Source: Ostrea edulis | Taxonomy: Eukaryota | DNA length: 64,000 nt | NCBI RefSeq assembly: GCF_947568905.1 | Contig: NC_079172.1 | Coordinates: forward strand, 43,586,001-43,650,000 | Direction of reading: 5' to 3' | Shown here: positions 10,101 to 20,527 of the stretch, in pieces | Position numbering within the stretch: the stretch's first letter is position 1 | Layout of the letters: every line of letters starts with the position of its first letter | The notes under the pieces: model-generated | What the model saw: only the letters and a program-made list of their open reading frames with translations | What the model was told of the DNA's origin: nothing | Database searches by the model: none | Position numbers and translations under genes: made by a program

Positions 10101-12281
10101 AACAATGGCCATAGCTACAATGTATATACAAGGCAGAAAGCTTGGTATTTGGTGAACAGAATGGTATATGATGTATCAGTAGGTCAAGGTCAAATTTTAT
10201 CTACAATTTAACTCTTAATGCAATCAGAGTCGTAGTGTTTCATGAACATGATTTGTTCTGATTGTTGGAGAATACAAGAGACTTGCCATTACATTTATAT
10301 ACAATATATTACAAATACAAGAGACTTGCAATTACATGTATATACAATATATTACAGGTATTGTTATTCTGGTACTGAACAAAAATGATTCCTTAAAAGT
10401 GTGGATATACAGGAGTTTCTTCCCTTTAGTTTGGCTCTTCATTCTTGTTGCTCCATTGTACCAGGTAAATCTTATATCATTTCATTATATTGGTCTTCTG
10501 TACATTTAATGAAACTCGAAGAAAGGTTGAATACATTGATAAAGTACAGTAAAACCCTGTTATCTCGAACTCGATGTGACTGAGAAAAAACTTTGAGATA
10601 TCTAAGGATTCGAGATGTCAAGGTTAAATTACTTAAAGAATAAGTTCTTTGGGACTTCGGAATCACTTCGACATATTTAAGGTATTCGAAATATTGGTGT
10701 TCGAGATATTTAAGTTCAACTGTATTTGAATTACGTTGCAGGCAGCTCGAGTGAACTCGGTGTCAATAAGAATGAAGAAAATAGCCCTAGAGATGAAGGT
10801 CTTTGGGTACAAGAATTCCTCACAGCTAGAACTGGATTCCTTCATCTTGTTTGTCAGTGAGGCTAGGATGAAGGTAATACAAGTCTTATTCTTCTAGAAT
10901 TCCTCAAAAGCTCTCTCAGCAAAACTGATACAAGTTTGTGAGCATGTTCATCTGAGTACAAAACTTGTATTCAGTTGCTCTTATTTATCCCGTCATTTAG
11001 TTTCTTGACTCCATGTTTACAGTAACAATAAAATGGCAAACATTACAAATGTATACAGTGAAACCTGTCTAATCCGACATACACTGGAAGACATTAAGTA
11101 CAGTGAAACCTGTCAAATCCGATATACACTGATAGACATTAAGTACAGTGAAACCTGTCTAATCCGACATACACTGGAAGACATTAAGTACAGTGAAACC
11201 TGTCTAATCTGACATACACTGGGATACATTAAGTACAGTGAAACCTGTCAAATCCGATATACACTGATAGACATTAAGTACAGTGAAACCTGTCTAATCC
11301 AACATACACTGATAGACATTATAGGGACTCATTCACGATTTTCCTCCAACTTTTGTTTTTCACTTTAAATGTTCAAAATCTACTGTCCAATATGTTTAGA
11401 AGGTTTCACAAAAAAATCAGGTTATTCATCATGACAGAAGCTCATGATAGAGAGTTTGTTATTTGTTTTGAAAACAAAGATTGAGGTGTGTTATTGTTTA
11501 CAGGGTTTTCAAAATATATGGATATTGATCCAAGTTTAGTATATATATCACGTCTCAAGTATACTTTAGGTAAAATGTGTCATTTAAAAGTTAAAATTTG
11601 TGATTGTACAAAATGAAGATGCTTTAAATTACAAAATTAATGTTTCACTGGTTTGTTTGTTTACATAAAAAGACTCGAGACTTTGTTTACATAAAACAGA
11701 ATCAAAGCTAAAATATTGCTCTTATCCTTGCAATCAGACGGTCCAAATTTTGGTTGTCATCATTAAATAAGCTATATTTTTAATTTGTAACATCAAAAAT
11801 GAAAACATTTTTTTCGAAAAACATGAACCAGTCCCTTTAAGTACAGTGAAACCTGTCTAATCCGACATACACTGGGAGACATTAAGTACAGTGAAACCTT
11901 TCTAATCCGACATACACTGGGATACATTAAGTACAGTGAAACCTGTCTTATTCAACATACACTGAGAGATAAATTTTAGTCAGAATACAGAGTGTGTCAG
12001 AATAAACAGTGTAAACAACAATGAAATGAAATTTAGATTGACAATAAAGGGTCAGAATCCCCAGTGAAACAGATTGCATAGGTGTCAGATTAGGCAGTCT
12101 TCATTGCATTAGATTGCACTTTCTTGTTATCTAATGAAAACTTGATCTTCTATTTCAGGCTAAGCTTTTCCACATTCCCATTCTGCCTCGGTATCTGATA
12201 GCAGTGTTTGTCCTAGGCTCCTTCATTCTTCTGGTCCTGTTCCAAACCAGCGTCATAGGTCCTGTCAACTACTGGTTCTAG
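783..12281 (+). CDS. Gustatory-receptor-like 7TM ion channel (GRL/7TMIC) gene, 5'-partial; join(783-884,2292-2456,5856-6128,7077-7144,7614-7721,8694-8871,9189-9288,10358-10464,10742-10873,12159-12281)
   Basis: Ten phase-compatible exons (1356 nt, 451 aa plus stop) joined by GT-AG introns and one GC-AG intron. Seven hydrophobic segments. The C-terminus ELDSFILFVSEARMK|AKLFHIPILPRYLIAVFVLGSFILLVLFQT resembles the GR/GRL TM7 region (TY-hhhh-QF-like). Family assignment is from recalled motifs, not a search. Confidence 0.82.
913..1410 (+). repeat. About 52-57-bp minisatellite (about 10 copies), intronic
   Basis: Unit TCCTCTCATGCTGGGAATTCTCATGTTAGTATTATAAAGAGATTACACAATGC. Confidence 0.9.
1925..2035. 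repeat. Interrupted (GT)n microsatellite
   Basis: Seen directly. Confidence 0.9.
2098..2228 (+). mobile_element. 3' end of Pearl/CvA-like (Helentron-type non-autonomous) element
   Basis: ACRG-type microsatellite (acagatggatggacagaaagacggacggac) followed by a gtgatccccatgtgtc...gcaggtga terminal segment. Confidence 0.55.
2292..2456 (+). CDS. GRL exon B (IGWRGFGRES...LHKDTQ; TM1)
   Basis: ttttgtAG acceptor, GTAAGA donor, 55 codons with a hydrophobic helix. Confidence 0.85.
4099..5514 (+). mobile_element. Helentron-type non-autonomous element (HINE/Pearl-like), interrupted by an IS3EU-like insertion
   Basis: Subterminal IR ATGCCCCCGA/TCGGGGGCAT, 3' hairpin tgtgttttacaaacgca, T-rich flanks. 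Confidence 0.7.
4419..5449. mobile_element. Non-autonomous foldback DNA transposon, IS3EU-like
   Basis: About 40-bp TIR TATGGAGCGCCAAATT.../...AATTTGGTGCTCCATA; 6-bp TSD GACCTT (4413-4418, 5450-5455). TAY...RTA termini with a 6-bp TSD fit IS3EU. Confidence 0.7.
5856..6128 (+). CDS. GRL exon C (Thr-rich extracellular loop, TM2, ...LYAIMEK)
   Basis: ttcttgtAG acceptor, 91 codons. Ends at AAG|GCAGGT, a GC donor required by the phase of the next exon. Confidence 0.8.
6126..6501 (+). repeat. 62-64-bp minisatellite (6 copies) beginning at the exon C donor
   Basis: Unit AAGGCAGGTTTTTGTAGATCTCTTCCCTATTCTCTAGTTTAGACAAATTGTTGTATGATTAT at 6126, 6188, 6250, 6314, 6376 and 6440. Confidence 0.95.
7077..7144 (+). 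CDS. GRL exon D (VFLQATPSYSRTASQQKMIKKLR)
   Basis: ctgtAG acceptor; GTGTGT donor in phase 2, matching the next exon. Confidence 0.75.
7614..7721 (+). CDS. GRL exon E (TM3, ILMAVGAIWVAVTLVMQGLY...)
   Basis: Poly-T acceptor, GTAAGA donor, phase 2/2. Confidence 0.85.
7795..8720 (+). repeat. 36-bp minisatellite built from the exon F acceptor; degenerate 5' part and homogeneous 3' part split by an insertion
   Basis: Unit TTCTGTTTTATAGTATGACTGTTCATTGGGTGCTAT. Confidence 0.95.
8006..8410. mobile_element. Small TIR element (CAGGGC...GCCCTG) inserted in the 36-bp array
   Basis: Short TIR; CTGTT duplicated at 8001-8005 and 8411-8415. Superfamily uncertain (hAT-like ends, atypical TSD length). Confidence 0.55.
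8694..8871 (+). CDS. GRL exon F (TM4, MTVHWVLFSIELLGILILNS...AAMK); 5' boundary ambiguous in 36-nt steps
   Basis: Last of seven identical ttctgttttatAG acceptors; GTCAGT donor at 8872. Confidence 0.8.
9189..9288 (+). CDS. GRL exon G (DLLFIKQNVSLLNGPVARMTALISVIFAELTII)
   Basis: ttgtAG acceptor, GTATGC donor, phase 0/1. Confidence 0.85.
9305..9826 (+). mobile_element. Kolobok-like non-autonomous element
   Basis: TTAA TSD on both sides; TIR AGGGACTGGTTCACGATTTT/AAAATCGTGAATTAGTCCCT. Confidence 0.75.
10358..10464 (+). CDS. GRL exon H (end of TM5, TM6, ...VAPLYQ)
   Basis: ttacAG acceptor, GTAAAT donor, phase 1/0. Confidence 0.85.
10547..10722. mobile_element. Tc1/mariner (Tigger-like) MITE
   Basis: TA|CAGT...ACTG|TA termini; internal ctcgaac/gttcgag IR. 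Confidence 0.65.
10742..10873 (+). CDS. GRL exon I (AARVNSVSIRMKK...ELDSFILFVSEARMK)
   Basis: ttgcAG acceptor, GTAATA donor, 44 codons, phase 0/0. Confidence 0.85.
11052..11970 (+). repeat. 45-bp tandem array derived from a MITE left end, interrupted by a Kolobok-like element
   Basis: Unit TACAGTGAAACCTGTCTAATCCGACATACACTG(G/A)...GACATTAAG. Confidence 0.85.
11323..11836 (-). mobile_element. Kolobok-like non-autonomous element, inverted relative of 9305-9826
   Basis: AGGGACT...AGTCCCT termini, TTAT/TTAA flanks; interior is reverse-complement similar to 9305-9826. Confidence 0.7.
12159..12281 (+). CDS. GRL terminal exon J (TM7, AKLFHIPILPRY...VLFQTSVIGPVNYWF*)
   Basis: tatttcAG acceptor; TAG stop at 12279-12281. 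Confidence 0.85.
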   Translation, partial: AKLFHIPILPRYLIAVFVLGSFILLVLFQTSVIGPVNYWF

Positions 12282-14230
12282 TCAATGACAAGAAACTCAC
12301 ACAAGTACAGGCCCTGTCAACCACTAGTTCTAGTCAATGACAAAGAAACTCACACAAATACTCGAGGATAGTCAATGACAAAAATCTCGCACAAATACTC
12401 GAGGATCAGCTGTGATCCAGTGAGGCTTAGTTTTATTGGTCCGCTACCAAGAAAGACGAAGGCAATAACTAGTTTCTGCTCCGTCTGTACGTGCCACTGT
12501 CCTTCTTTCAAAACTTTATTCTCTAGACTTTTTCCCTCATCATGCTTTGATGAAGGGAGCTGGAATTTTGTTTATGATATGATAATATATGTTTACAGAT
12601 AAAGTTTTAAGTTTTGTCACAGTTGACTGATCGATTTTGAGATTTTTGTAGTGAAGGTAGTTTCGTAGACTTTTTTTTCTATTCTGCTTTAATTTAGGAA
12701 ACTGAAATTTGATATGTGGTTTTCTTATAAGGAGATACAGATTACACCTTATTTTCATTGTTGACTCATTCTAACAAAAATTGTAAGACATAGTTTTATG
12801 GTTGAGTGAACGTCTTTAAGTCTTGTAGTCTGTCTAGTTCTCTGTACCTTTTTTTGTGAAATCCATGTAAGTTACTGAAATAAAATTCATCTTCATTCTT
12901 TTTTATAATTAAACAGTGGACTGTTGGCATAAGATCATTCAGACAGATTATTCATGTAAAATATCACGTGAACAATTAAACCTGTGGGGGACATATATTG
13001 CTTGCTATACTTACAGATTTTGCTTGTTTAAATTCAGTTACTATGATAAATGTCTTAGTGTTGATTGTAAATGATTTAAGACTGATTACTCCAAAACAAT
13101 TGGTGTCAAGTTTTTGATGATGTTCAGTTTTCTTCTTTTTTATATTTGAATGACAAAATAACTCTAATAGAAGCCTGGGGGTGGGTGGGTGGGTGGGTGG
13201 GGGCAAAATCACTCTAATAGAAGCCTGGGGGGTGGGGGTAAAATCACTCTAATAGAAGCCCGGGGGATGGGGGTGGGGGATTTTTACCATTAGATAACAA
13301 TGATATGTACTACCAAACACTCCATGTATTACTGTGTTCATGTTACAATGATGTCACAATAATTGCTAATGTCATTTTAATAATAAACTGTTTGTTTTTG
13401 TGTATGCATTTCACTTAATATCTTGTCACACTAAAATATTGATGAACTCTGACCTCATATTTTGAAGCACATATTGGTGTACATGAACATTCTCTATGTG
13501 TAGGTAATATCTACTTATGTAAGTTACACAGCTCGGTGTAATAATTAAATTACCTGGTATCTTTGTTTCGATTGGTATGTTTGACAATACACAAGGAGAT
13601 TGGAATTTGATATTTATAATGTATGGTGTTTGCTGTATGACAATCTGCACAATGAGATTGGGAATTTGATATTATGTATGGTTTGATTGGTATGTTTGAC
13701 AATACACAAGGAGATTTGGAATTTGATATTATGTATGGTTTGATTGCTGTTTGTGTGATTGCTATATGGTTTTTTTTATGTATGCTTCACTTTATACACA
13801 TCCAAAATAGAATGTCATTTATGGTTGTTTCAAGGGAGGAAACTCCTGTACTGTATACACAGTGTAGGATTCTGCTGAGAGTTGTACATTATTGTGTTAT
13901 TACTGTGTATTTGTAGTCAACTTCAATTTATAATTATACACATGCACTTATAGATCAATATACATCAAAGACTGTTCTGTGATAAATAATTGTTAAAAAT
14001 CAGCCATTACTTTGTTGAATATTGGATTTATATTTATGCAATGATAATCTATATTATACATGTTGTAAGTAACTTTACAATATGATTGCTATATATTATG
14101 TTGTGGCTTGTCTCTGTTACATTTGTAGCTGAGATACCAATACAATTTGTTGAAATGTTAATAAAATAATTGTGAATTTCAGAAGTGTGTTTGTTCCAAA
14201 TTGTCATAGTAGATTTATAGAATGCCAAAA

Positions 14231-15144
14231 ATAACAAGAAGTAGATCTCTAGAACACTCAAAATAACAGGAAGTAGATCTATAGAACACTCTATATAACA
14301 GAAAGTAGATCTATAGAATACTCTAAATAATGAAGTAGATCTATAGAATACCCTAAATAACCGGAAGTAGATCTACAGAACACTCTAAATAACAGGAAGT
14401 AGATCTATAGAACACTCTAAATAACAGGAAGTAGATCTATAGAATACCCTAAATAACAGGAAGTAGATCTATAGAACACTATAAGTAACAAGAAGTAGAT
14501 CTATAGAACAACCTTAATAACAGGAAGTATATCTCTAGAATACTCTAAATAACAAAGTAGATCTATAGAATACTCTAAATAAGAGGAAGTAGATCTATAA
14601 AATAGCAGGAAGTAGATCTCTAGAATACTCTAAATAACAGGAAGTAGATCTAAAGAACACTACTAATAACAGGAAGTAGATCTAAAGAACACTCTAAATA
14701 ACAGGAAGTAGATCTAAAGAACACTCTAAATAACAGGAAGTAGATCTATAGAACACTCTAGATAACAGGAAGTAGATCTATAGAATACTCTATATAACAG
14801 GAAGTAGATCTATAGAACACTCTAAATAACAGGAAGTAGATCTATAGAATACTCTAAATAACAGGAAGTAGATCTATAGAACACTCTAGATAACAGGAAG
14901 TAGATCTATAGAACACTCAAAATAACAGGAAGTAGATCTATAGAACACTCTAAATAACAGGAAGTAGATCTATAGAATATCCTAAATAACAGGAAATAGA
15001 TTTATAGAACACTCTAAATAACAGGAAGTAGATCTATAGAATACTCTAGATAACAGGAAGTAGATCTATAGAATACTCTAAATAACAGGAAGTAGATCTA
15101 TAGAATATCCTAAATAACAGGAAATAGATCTATAGAACACTCTA
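14231..15144 (+). repeat. About 32-bp minisatellite (about 28 copies)
   Basis: Unit CAGGAAGTAGATCTATAGAACACTCTAAATAA. Confidence 0.95.
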
Positions 15145-15316
15145 ACTGAACTATCTCAGCTGTGTACAAGCCGAAGAACTCGGTGAACTATCTCAGCTGT
15201 GTACAAGCCGAAGAACTCGGTGAACTATCTCGTAACATTCCTTAACTTCTTTATAAGCAACACATACCTCTTGGTGTCTAACATTGGTCAACCGTATACA
15301 TTTCCAGTACAATGTG

Positions 15317-15750
15317 TATGAAGCGCCAAGTGAACATAAAACTCAAACAATCGAAGATATCTTTATTATTTGAAGATATCGTCATTTCATTTGATATATG
15401 CAACAATTCAATGAAAGATCTCTTTAAATAATCGATGATATCTTTAATTCTAAATTATTGTGCGCATTCATTAAATTGTTGATAGCATTTATCATGTTCG
15501 GTATACGATTGAATCGTTGCTCTCTTCAAATAATTTGATGGTACATGTATCAACATTGATGCACGGTACAATTCAATAGAAAAGATCAATAAGTCAATTA
15601 ATGCGGAAATCAATGCGCACAATAATTTAATTATTATTCTCTTCAATTATTGCGTGCATCAATTCCATTAATGTGCGCAATAATTCAATTAATACGCGCA
15701 ATAGTTAAATCAATGATGTCGTTAATTCAATTATGCACGCAATAATTCTT
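15317..15750 (+). mobile_element. Degenerate left part of the IS3EU-like foldback family
   Basis: Starts TATGAAGCGCCAAGTGAACATAAACTCAAA, homologous to 4419 onward. Confidence 0.6.
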
Positions 15751-16938
15751 TCAGAACACTCCAAAATCTCCTGTGCAAACGGGCGATCTCCCGCACATTT
15801 CTTTTATTCACATCAAATTTCTTGAAAAACAAGACAGTTCCTGTCACTTTTTACAAGACATGATTTTATATAGAATAAGATAATTGAGAATTTTCATTCA
15901 GAAATTCACTACCGACTCTCGTGCGAAAACAAATCAAGCGTTAAACGAGCCATCAGAGTATTGTTTGCTACGAAATCATAGAATATTGAATTGCCCAAAG
16001 CATCACCTTCTTATATTTTCGATTTAAGGCCCAATCGGTTGTGCAGTAGATCGACTGGTGCCCGTGATAGATATGGGCGTAGGAATTTAAGAATGGACGG
16101 AGTGACTTCATATTCAGTGATAGAAAGTATATTTATCTAAAGTCGGCATTACACATACAAAGACAACAGGTAACAAGCCCCCGGGAGCTTTATTAACCGA
16201 CTATATGCGAACAAAAGAACTTAAAGAACAAATGCATTGGAATTTAAAACATAAGTAGAACGGATAAACATAAATGCAGACTAAACTACTCTAAACAAAA
16301 GCATAACTATTCCTGCATGCACTAAAAAGCTTGTTTAAGGTAGCTCATTACACTAAAATTTTATTTAATGCTTCTTTAAAATACCTCTTATGAAGTATGA
16401 TTTCACCATCAAGCTCTCTATTATTTTATGTGGATTTTTGTGATTTTTCCCGTAAGGATAAAAAAAGGAAAGCACAACAGGATGAGGTCCTAAAAAGGTT
16501 AAGCAAGCAAAGGTCAACCATAATCTGGTTTATCAGGTCCCCCTACACTGTCTGTGACGCGTAATATTCTTAATGGCTGATAGGTAGAATGACATCGCCA
16601 GCTTATTCCATTGAACTTTTGACAAAAAAGGATTCCATATCAAAGATTGCCCGAAATACCAAAATCAGATACACAGTTCCATTCAAAGCACTCCACAACA
16701 GACAGTAATAACCGCACGCCAGAAATTACTTTTTCATCTCGATTTCAGATATTGTACTTTATACATGTACATGCATAAGGTGCTGGCTAACGACAGCGAT
16801 AATGTATACTATTCGGACGTGGTGATAAGCATGCGATGGTAATTCAAAATATAATGGTAATTTAATGCATTTTTACGTGGCCTTTCATGTTACTATTTCT
16901 TATACATGTAATTAATTCATAACTTAACAAATAATAAA

Positions 16939-17716
16939 TCCCGTGGGCACAAATTGTGCTCCTTTGTTAGCTGACCTGTTTTTATATTCTTAAGAAGCAG
17001 AATCTATTGAAAAACTTCTACGTGAGAAGAAAACAATCTCTTGCTGTGGCCTTCAATGCGGCATTTAGATATATCGACCACGTTTTATCTATAAACAATA
17101 ATAATGTTCATTCATATGTTGATTCGATATATCCCCGTGAACTCGAAATAAAAGACACCACAGAGTCGTCCACTTCTGCTTCATACTTTATCTCATATAT
17201 TGAAAGTAGATATTAACGGCAAACTAACAACTAAATTTGATGACAAACAGGATGATTTCAGCTTCTACATCGTCAACTTTCCATATTTATGTAGCAATAT
17301 AAAGAGCTAGTACTGTGTATGGTCAGTCTTTAAATCGAGGCAAGCTACTGACAAACAAGTTGATGGTGCAGGGATTTCAACAGTCTCGTTTAAAGTCTGT
17401 ATTTCGCAAATTCTATGGTTGTTATAACAATCTAGCTTGCCAATACAACCTATCATTGGGTCAAATGCTCTCTGACTTGTTTCATACCGATTGTTAGACC
17501 GTTCTTGGCACACTGATTTTGACTACGGATAACTCCGTTTACCTGATCAAGATATAGGGCTCATGGCGGGTGTGACCGGTCGACAGGGGATGCTTACTCC
17601 TCCTAGGCACCTGATTCCACCTCTGGTATATCCAGGGGTCCGTGTTTGCTCAACTCACTATTTTGCATTGCTTATAGGAGTTATGAGATTGATCACTGTT
17701 CGTTATCTTAACATTT
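16939..17716 (+). mobile_element. Penelope-like element (Naiad-type) 3' fragment, decayed RT plus conserved 3' end
   Basis: GTNCAPLLADLF / FRYID RT motifs and a 3' tail shared with 29645-30882. Confidence 0.8.
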
Positions 17717-17965
17717 AATGTGTTTAAAACCGAAGTACGATTTTGAAGAATTTCATCTTTTGAAAAGACAGCTTGATAGGTAGGATTACCAAATGCGAGA
17801 TTAATGCCGAGTTCGTTTGAAATACAGTTGCAATAATGAGTCTTACAATGAAAGACAATGTTTTGCAAGCTTTGTCAGCTGGAGCCAAAACATATTCCTC
17901 TTGTAACCTATCTAATTCTTTGATCAGTTCTGGTTTACTAAATACAGAAAGATAGATGGTACACA
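17717..17965 (-). mobile_element. Inverted upstream fragment of the same PLE family
   Basis: ELDRLQEEYVLAPADKAC / NIVF.CK.HY / DEILQN, the pre-RT region of PLE ORFs; abuts the 3' end of the + copy. Confidence 0.65.
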
Positions 17966-18709
17966 CTTTTGTTTTGATGTGTCTATTATATTATTTTACA
18001 TGTAATGTTCCTCTTATTCTTTTTATCCTGACTAATATAAATGTTTATAGAGAAGTTGATTATCATCGTTATTGATTTTTTTAAGCTTTCTCGAGAATGT
18101 GAGTTGGGAAGCCATCATGAAAGGGTGTTACGGGAATTTTCTTTGCAAAGAAAAAAATTGTAGGATCAATGTGCAGACAGGCCTAATTTTCTCTTCGTTC
18201 GAGTATATTGTCACAACATCATGATGTTCCACATCTATCTATCCATCGAAGTAGGTAGGTAGAGAGGTAGGCAGGCAAGAAGGTAGTTAGGTAGGGGCTA
18301 TATACAACGTAATAGTCTGAAATGTTTTCTATCTGTTTTACTTTCTCCGATCACTCCATGTATGATAATTATAGATATCCGAAAAGTGTCCCATCCTCTG
18401 GAGGACCCGATGATACCCCTATTTCCCAAATCTAAGGTTTAGAAATCAAAGCCCCCGGTACTTGTATCGTGGACTCTTCAAAGATGGAAGTTATTATCTT
18501 TATCTACTTTCACCCTACAACATGTACATGTACAATAAGAAACTTTCAGATAAGCCCATTTTTCGAAATAGGCTCCTTAACCTTGTATATGATAGGCTGT
18601 ACTGTTTTCTATCTTTTGATCAGTGCTGTTTCATTCGATCACCCAAATCTAATGATTAAAGAGACCTGAAAAGAGACCTTTGATAAATATCAAGGAGATA
18701 TTTACCTCT

Positions 18710-19502
18710 CACTGGATGAAAACGCTAGTTTCCGCAACACTGAAACCATATGGAAACCTTGCGGAAACCTGACGTTGAGGTTTCCCATATGGTTTCCGCA
18801 GTACGTAAACGATTATATAGTATACTTTTATCGATGAAATGATACATGCTTGTAACCCTTTTCAATTTTGCACCATGGAGGCATACATGTTTCTGAATCA
18901 TTTCTCGTGTACACTAGTACTGTTGTGCATGTCCTATATTGTTCAACGAAGCTTAAGATTGTTAATGTTATTAATCAATAATCTTTATACATGTATAAAT
19001 CTTTGAATCTTTAATAAAAGCATTGTATATAAAATGCTTGTGTTTTGTTTTAATTTGTGGTTGGTGATATCTCAGATTTTAAACATTTTATTCAATGAAT
19101 AGAGAATGGGTTTGCATAAACTATTGCTGAATGATTTGTAAATTTCAGGAACACAATATATATCACTAATATTAAAGTGTGACTGTGTGTACATAGCCTT
19201 GATTCAATTATGTCATATTTTAGATGTTGATAAGTTTCTGGAGGTTGTGAAGTAGTTTCAGTAGTGCGGAACCTTGCGTAAACCTAGGGTGGCGACTAGT
19301 TTCAGTAGTGCAGAAACAGTGCAGAAACCTTAGGTTTCCGCAAGTTTCGGCTGCGTAAACCACCTGGAATCGGGGACGGCCTACGCATTCCGTAAACCCT
19401 TGCAAACTTGAAGTTTCCAATCTGAAACCTTGCGTAAACCATTTGTTTTCTTAAGTTTCCGCATAGTTTCCGCACCATGGAAACCATAACTTTCATGCAG
19501 TG
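18710..19502. mobile_element. CACTA/EnSpm-like non-autonomous element
   Basis: TIR CACTGGATGAAA/TTTCATGCAGTG, 3-bp TSD TCT, many subterminal GTTTCCGCA/GGAAACC repeats. Confidence 0.75.
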
Positions 19503-20299
19503 TCTATTTCGACACTGAAGTGTAAAATTAAAAACTTTCACTCGAGTTCAATTACCTTATAAGCTATGTCACAACGTATAAGGGTCCTATATGATAGTCT
19601 GCATTGTTTTGTATCTTTTATCAGTTTTGTTTTATTCCATCATCTAATATTTGATAATTATAGAAATCTGACGTGACCACACCCATGGGAGTTCCAAGGT
19701 GGTATCCATATAGCCTCAAACTGAGGTCGGGAAATGATAGTCCATGAGGTCTCCTACCTTCCCTTTATATTCGTTTCGTGGATTCTTCAAAGATTAGGGA
19801 GATTTTAATCTCCATTCTGACTCTTTGAAAAGGAAAATTGGGACCTTTTAACTGAGCTCAAAGTCTGATGTGAACTCCTCTTGTTTATATTGGTTTCATC
19901 AACGTTTCTATCCATCTCTTGACAGTTTTTCCCCGTTTGATCACCTTCAATAAAAGGTGAAGATTACGAACAGAGATCAATTAAGAATACAGAATAAAGA
20001 GTTGGGCGAACACGGACCCCTAGACATAGCAGAGATGGGATCAGATGCCTAATAATCATTATGGTCTGAAAAGTCACCCACCCTCGGCAGATCCTAAGTG
20101 GCACCGCTGCAGCCCCAAGCCAATGGCGGGAAATGATATCCCAAGGGATCTCCTACCTTGCCTCTATACTCATTTCGTGGAATCTTAAAAGATGAAGAAG
20201 ATATCAGTCTTCAGTTTGACAATGTGATATGTAAAATTAGCAACTTGTAGGTAAGCCAGATTGCTGCCATAGGCTCAATGACCCCTTATGAGGTTCCTA

Positions 20300-20515
20300 C
20301 TGTGGAATCATTTTAATTCGTGGAGGCAATGTTCATGGGTAAGCAAAATTTTGCTGGTTGATGGGGACGTGATTTCGTGGGTAAGCGATACGATGTCACA
20401 AGGAGAAATAACTCTACTTGGTTAAAAAATGTTCGAGGACACGTAAATTCGTGGGTAAGAGTGACCCACGAAATCCACGAACATCAATCTCCCACGAACA
20501 ATGATGATTCCACAG
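20300..20515. mobile_element. Tc1/mariner MITE
   Basis: TA|CTGTGGAATCAT...ATGATTCCACAG|TA. Confidence 0.75.
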
Positions 20516-20527
20516 TATTTGATTCAG

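Noticed and set aside
14231-15144. CRISPR-like regular repeat (also 42217-42525 and 11052-11970)
   Set aside because: Units are contiguous with no unique spacers, there are no cas genes, and the context is eukaryotic.
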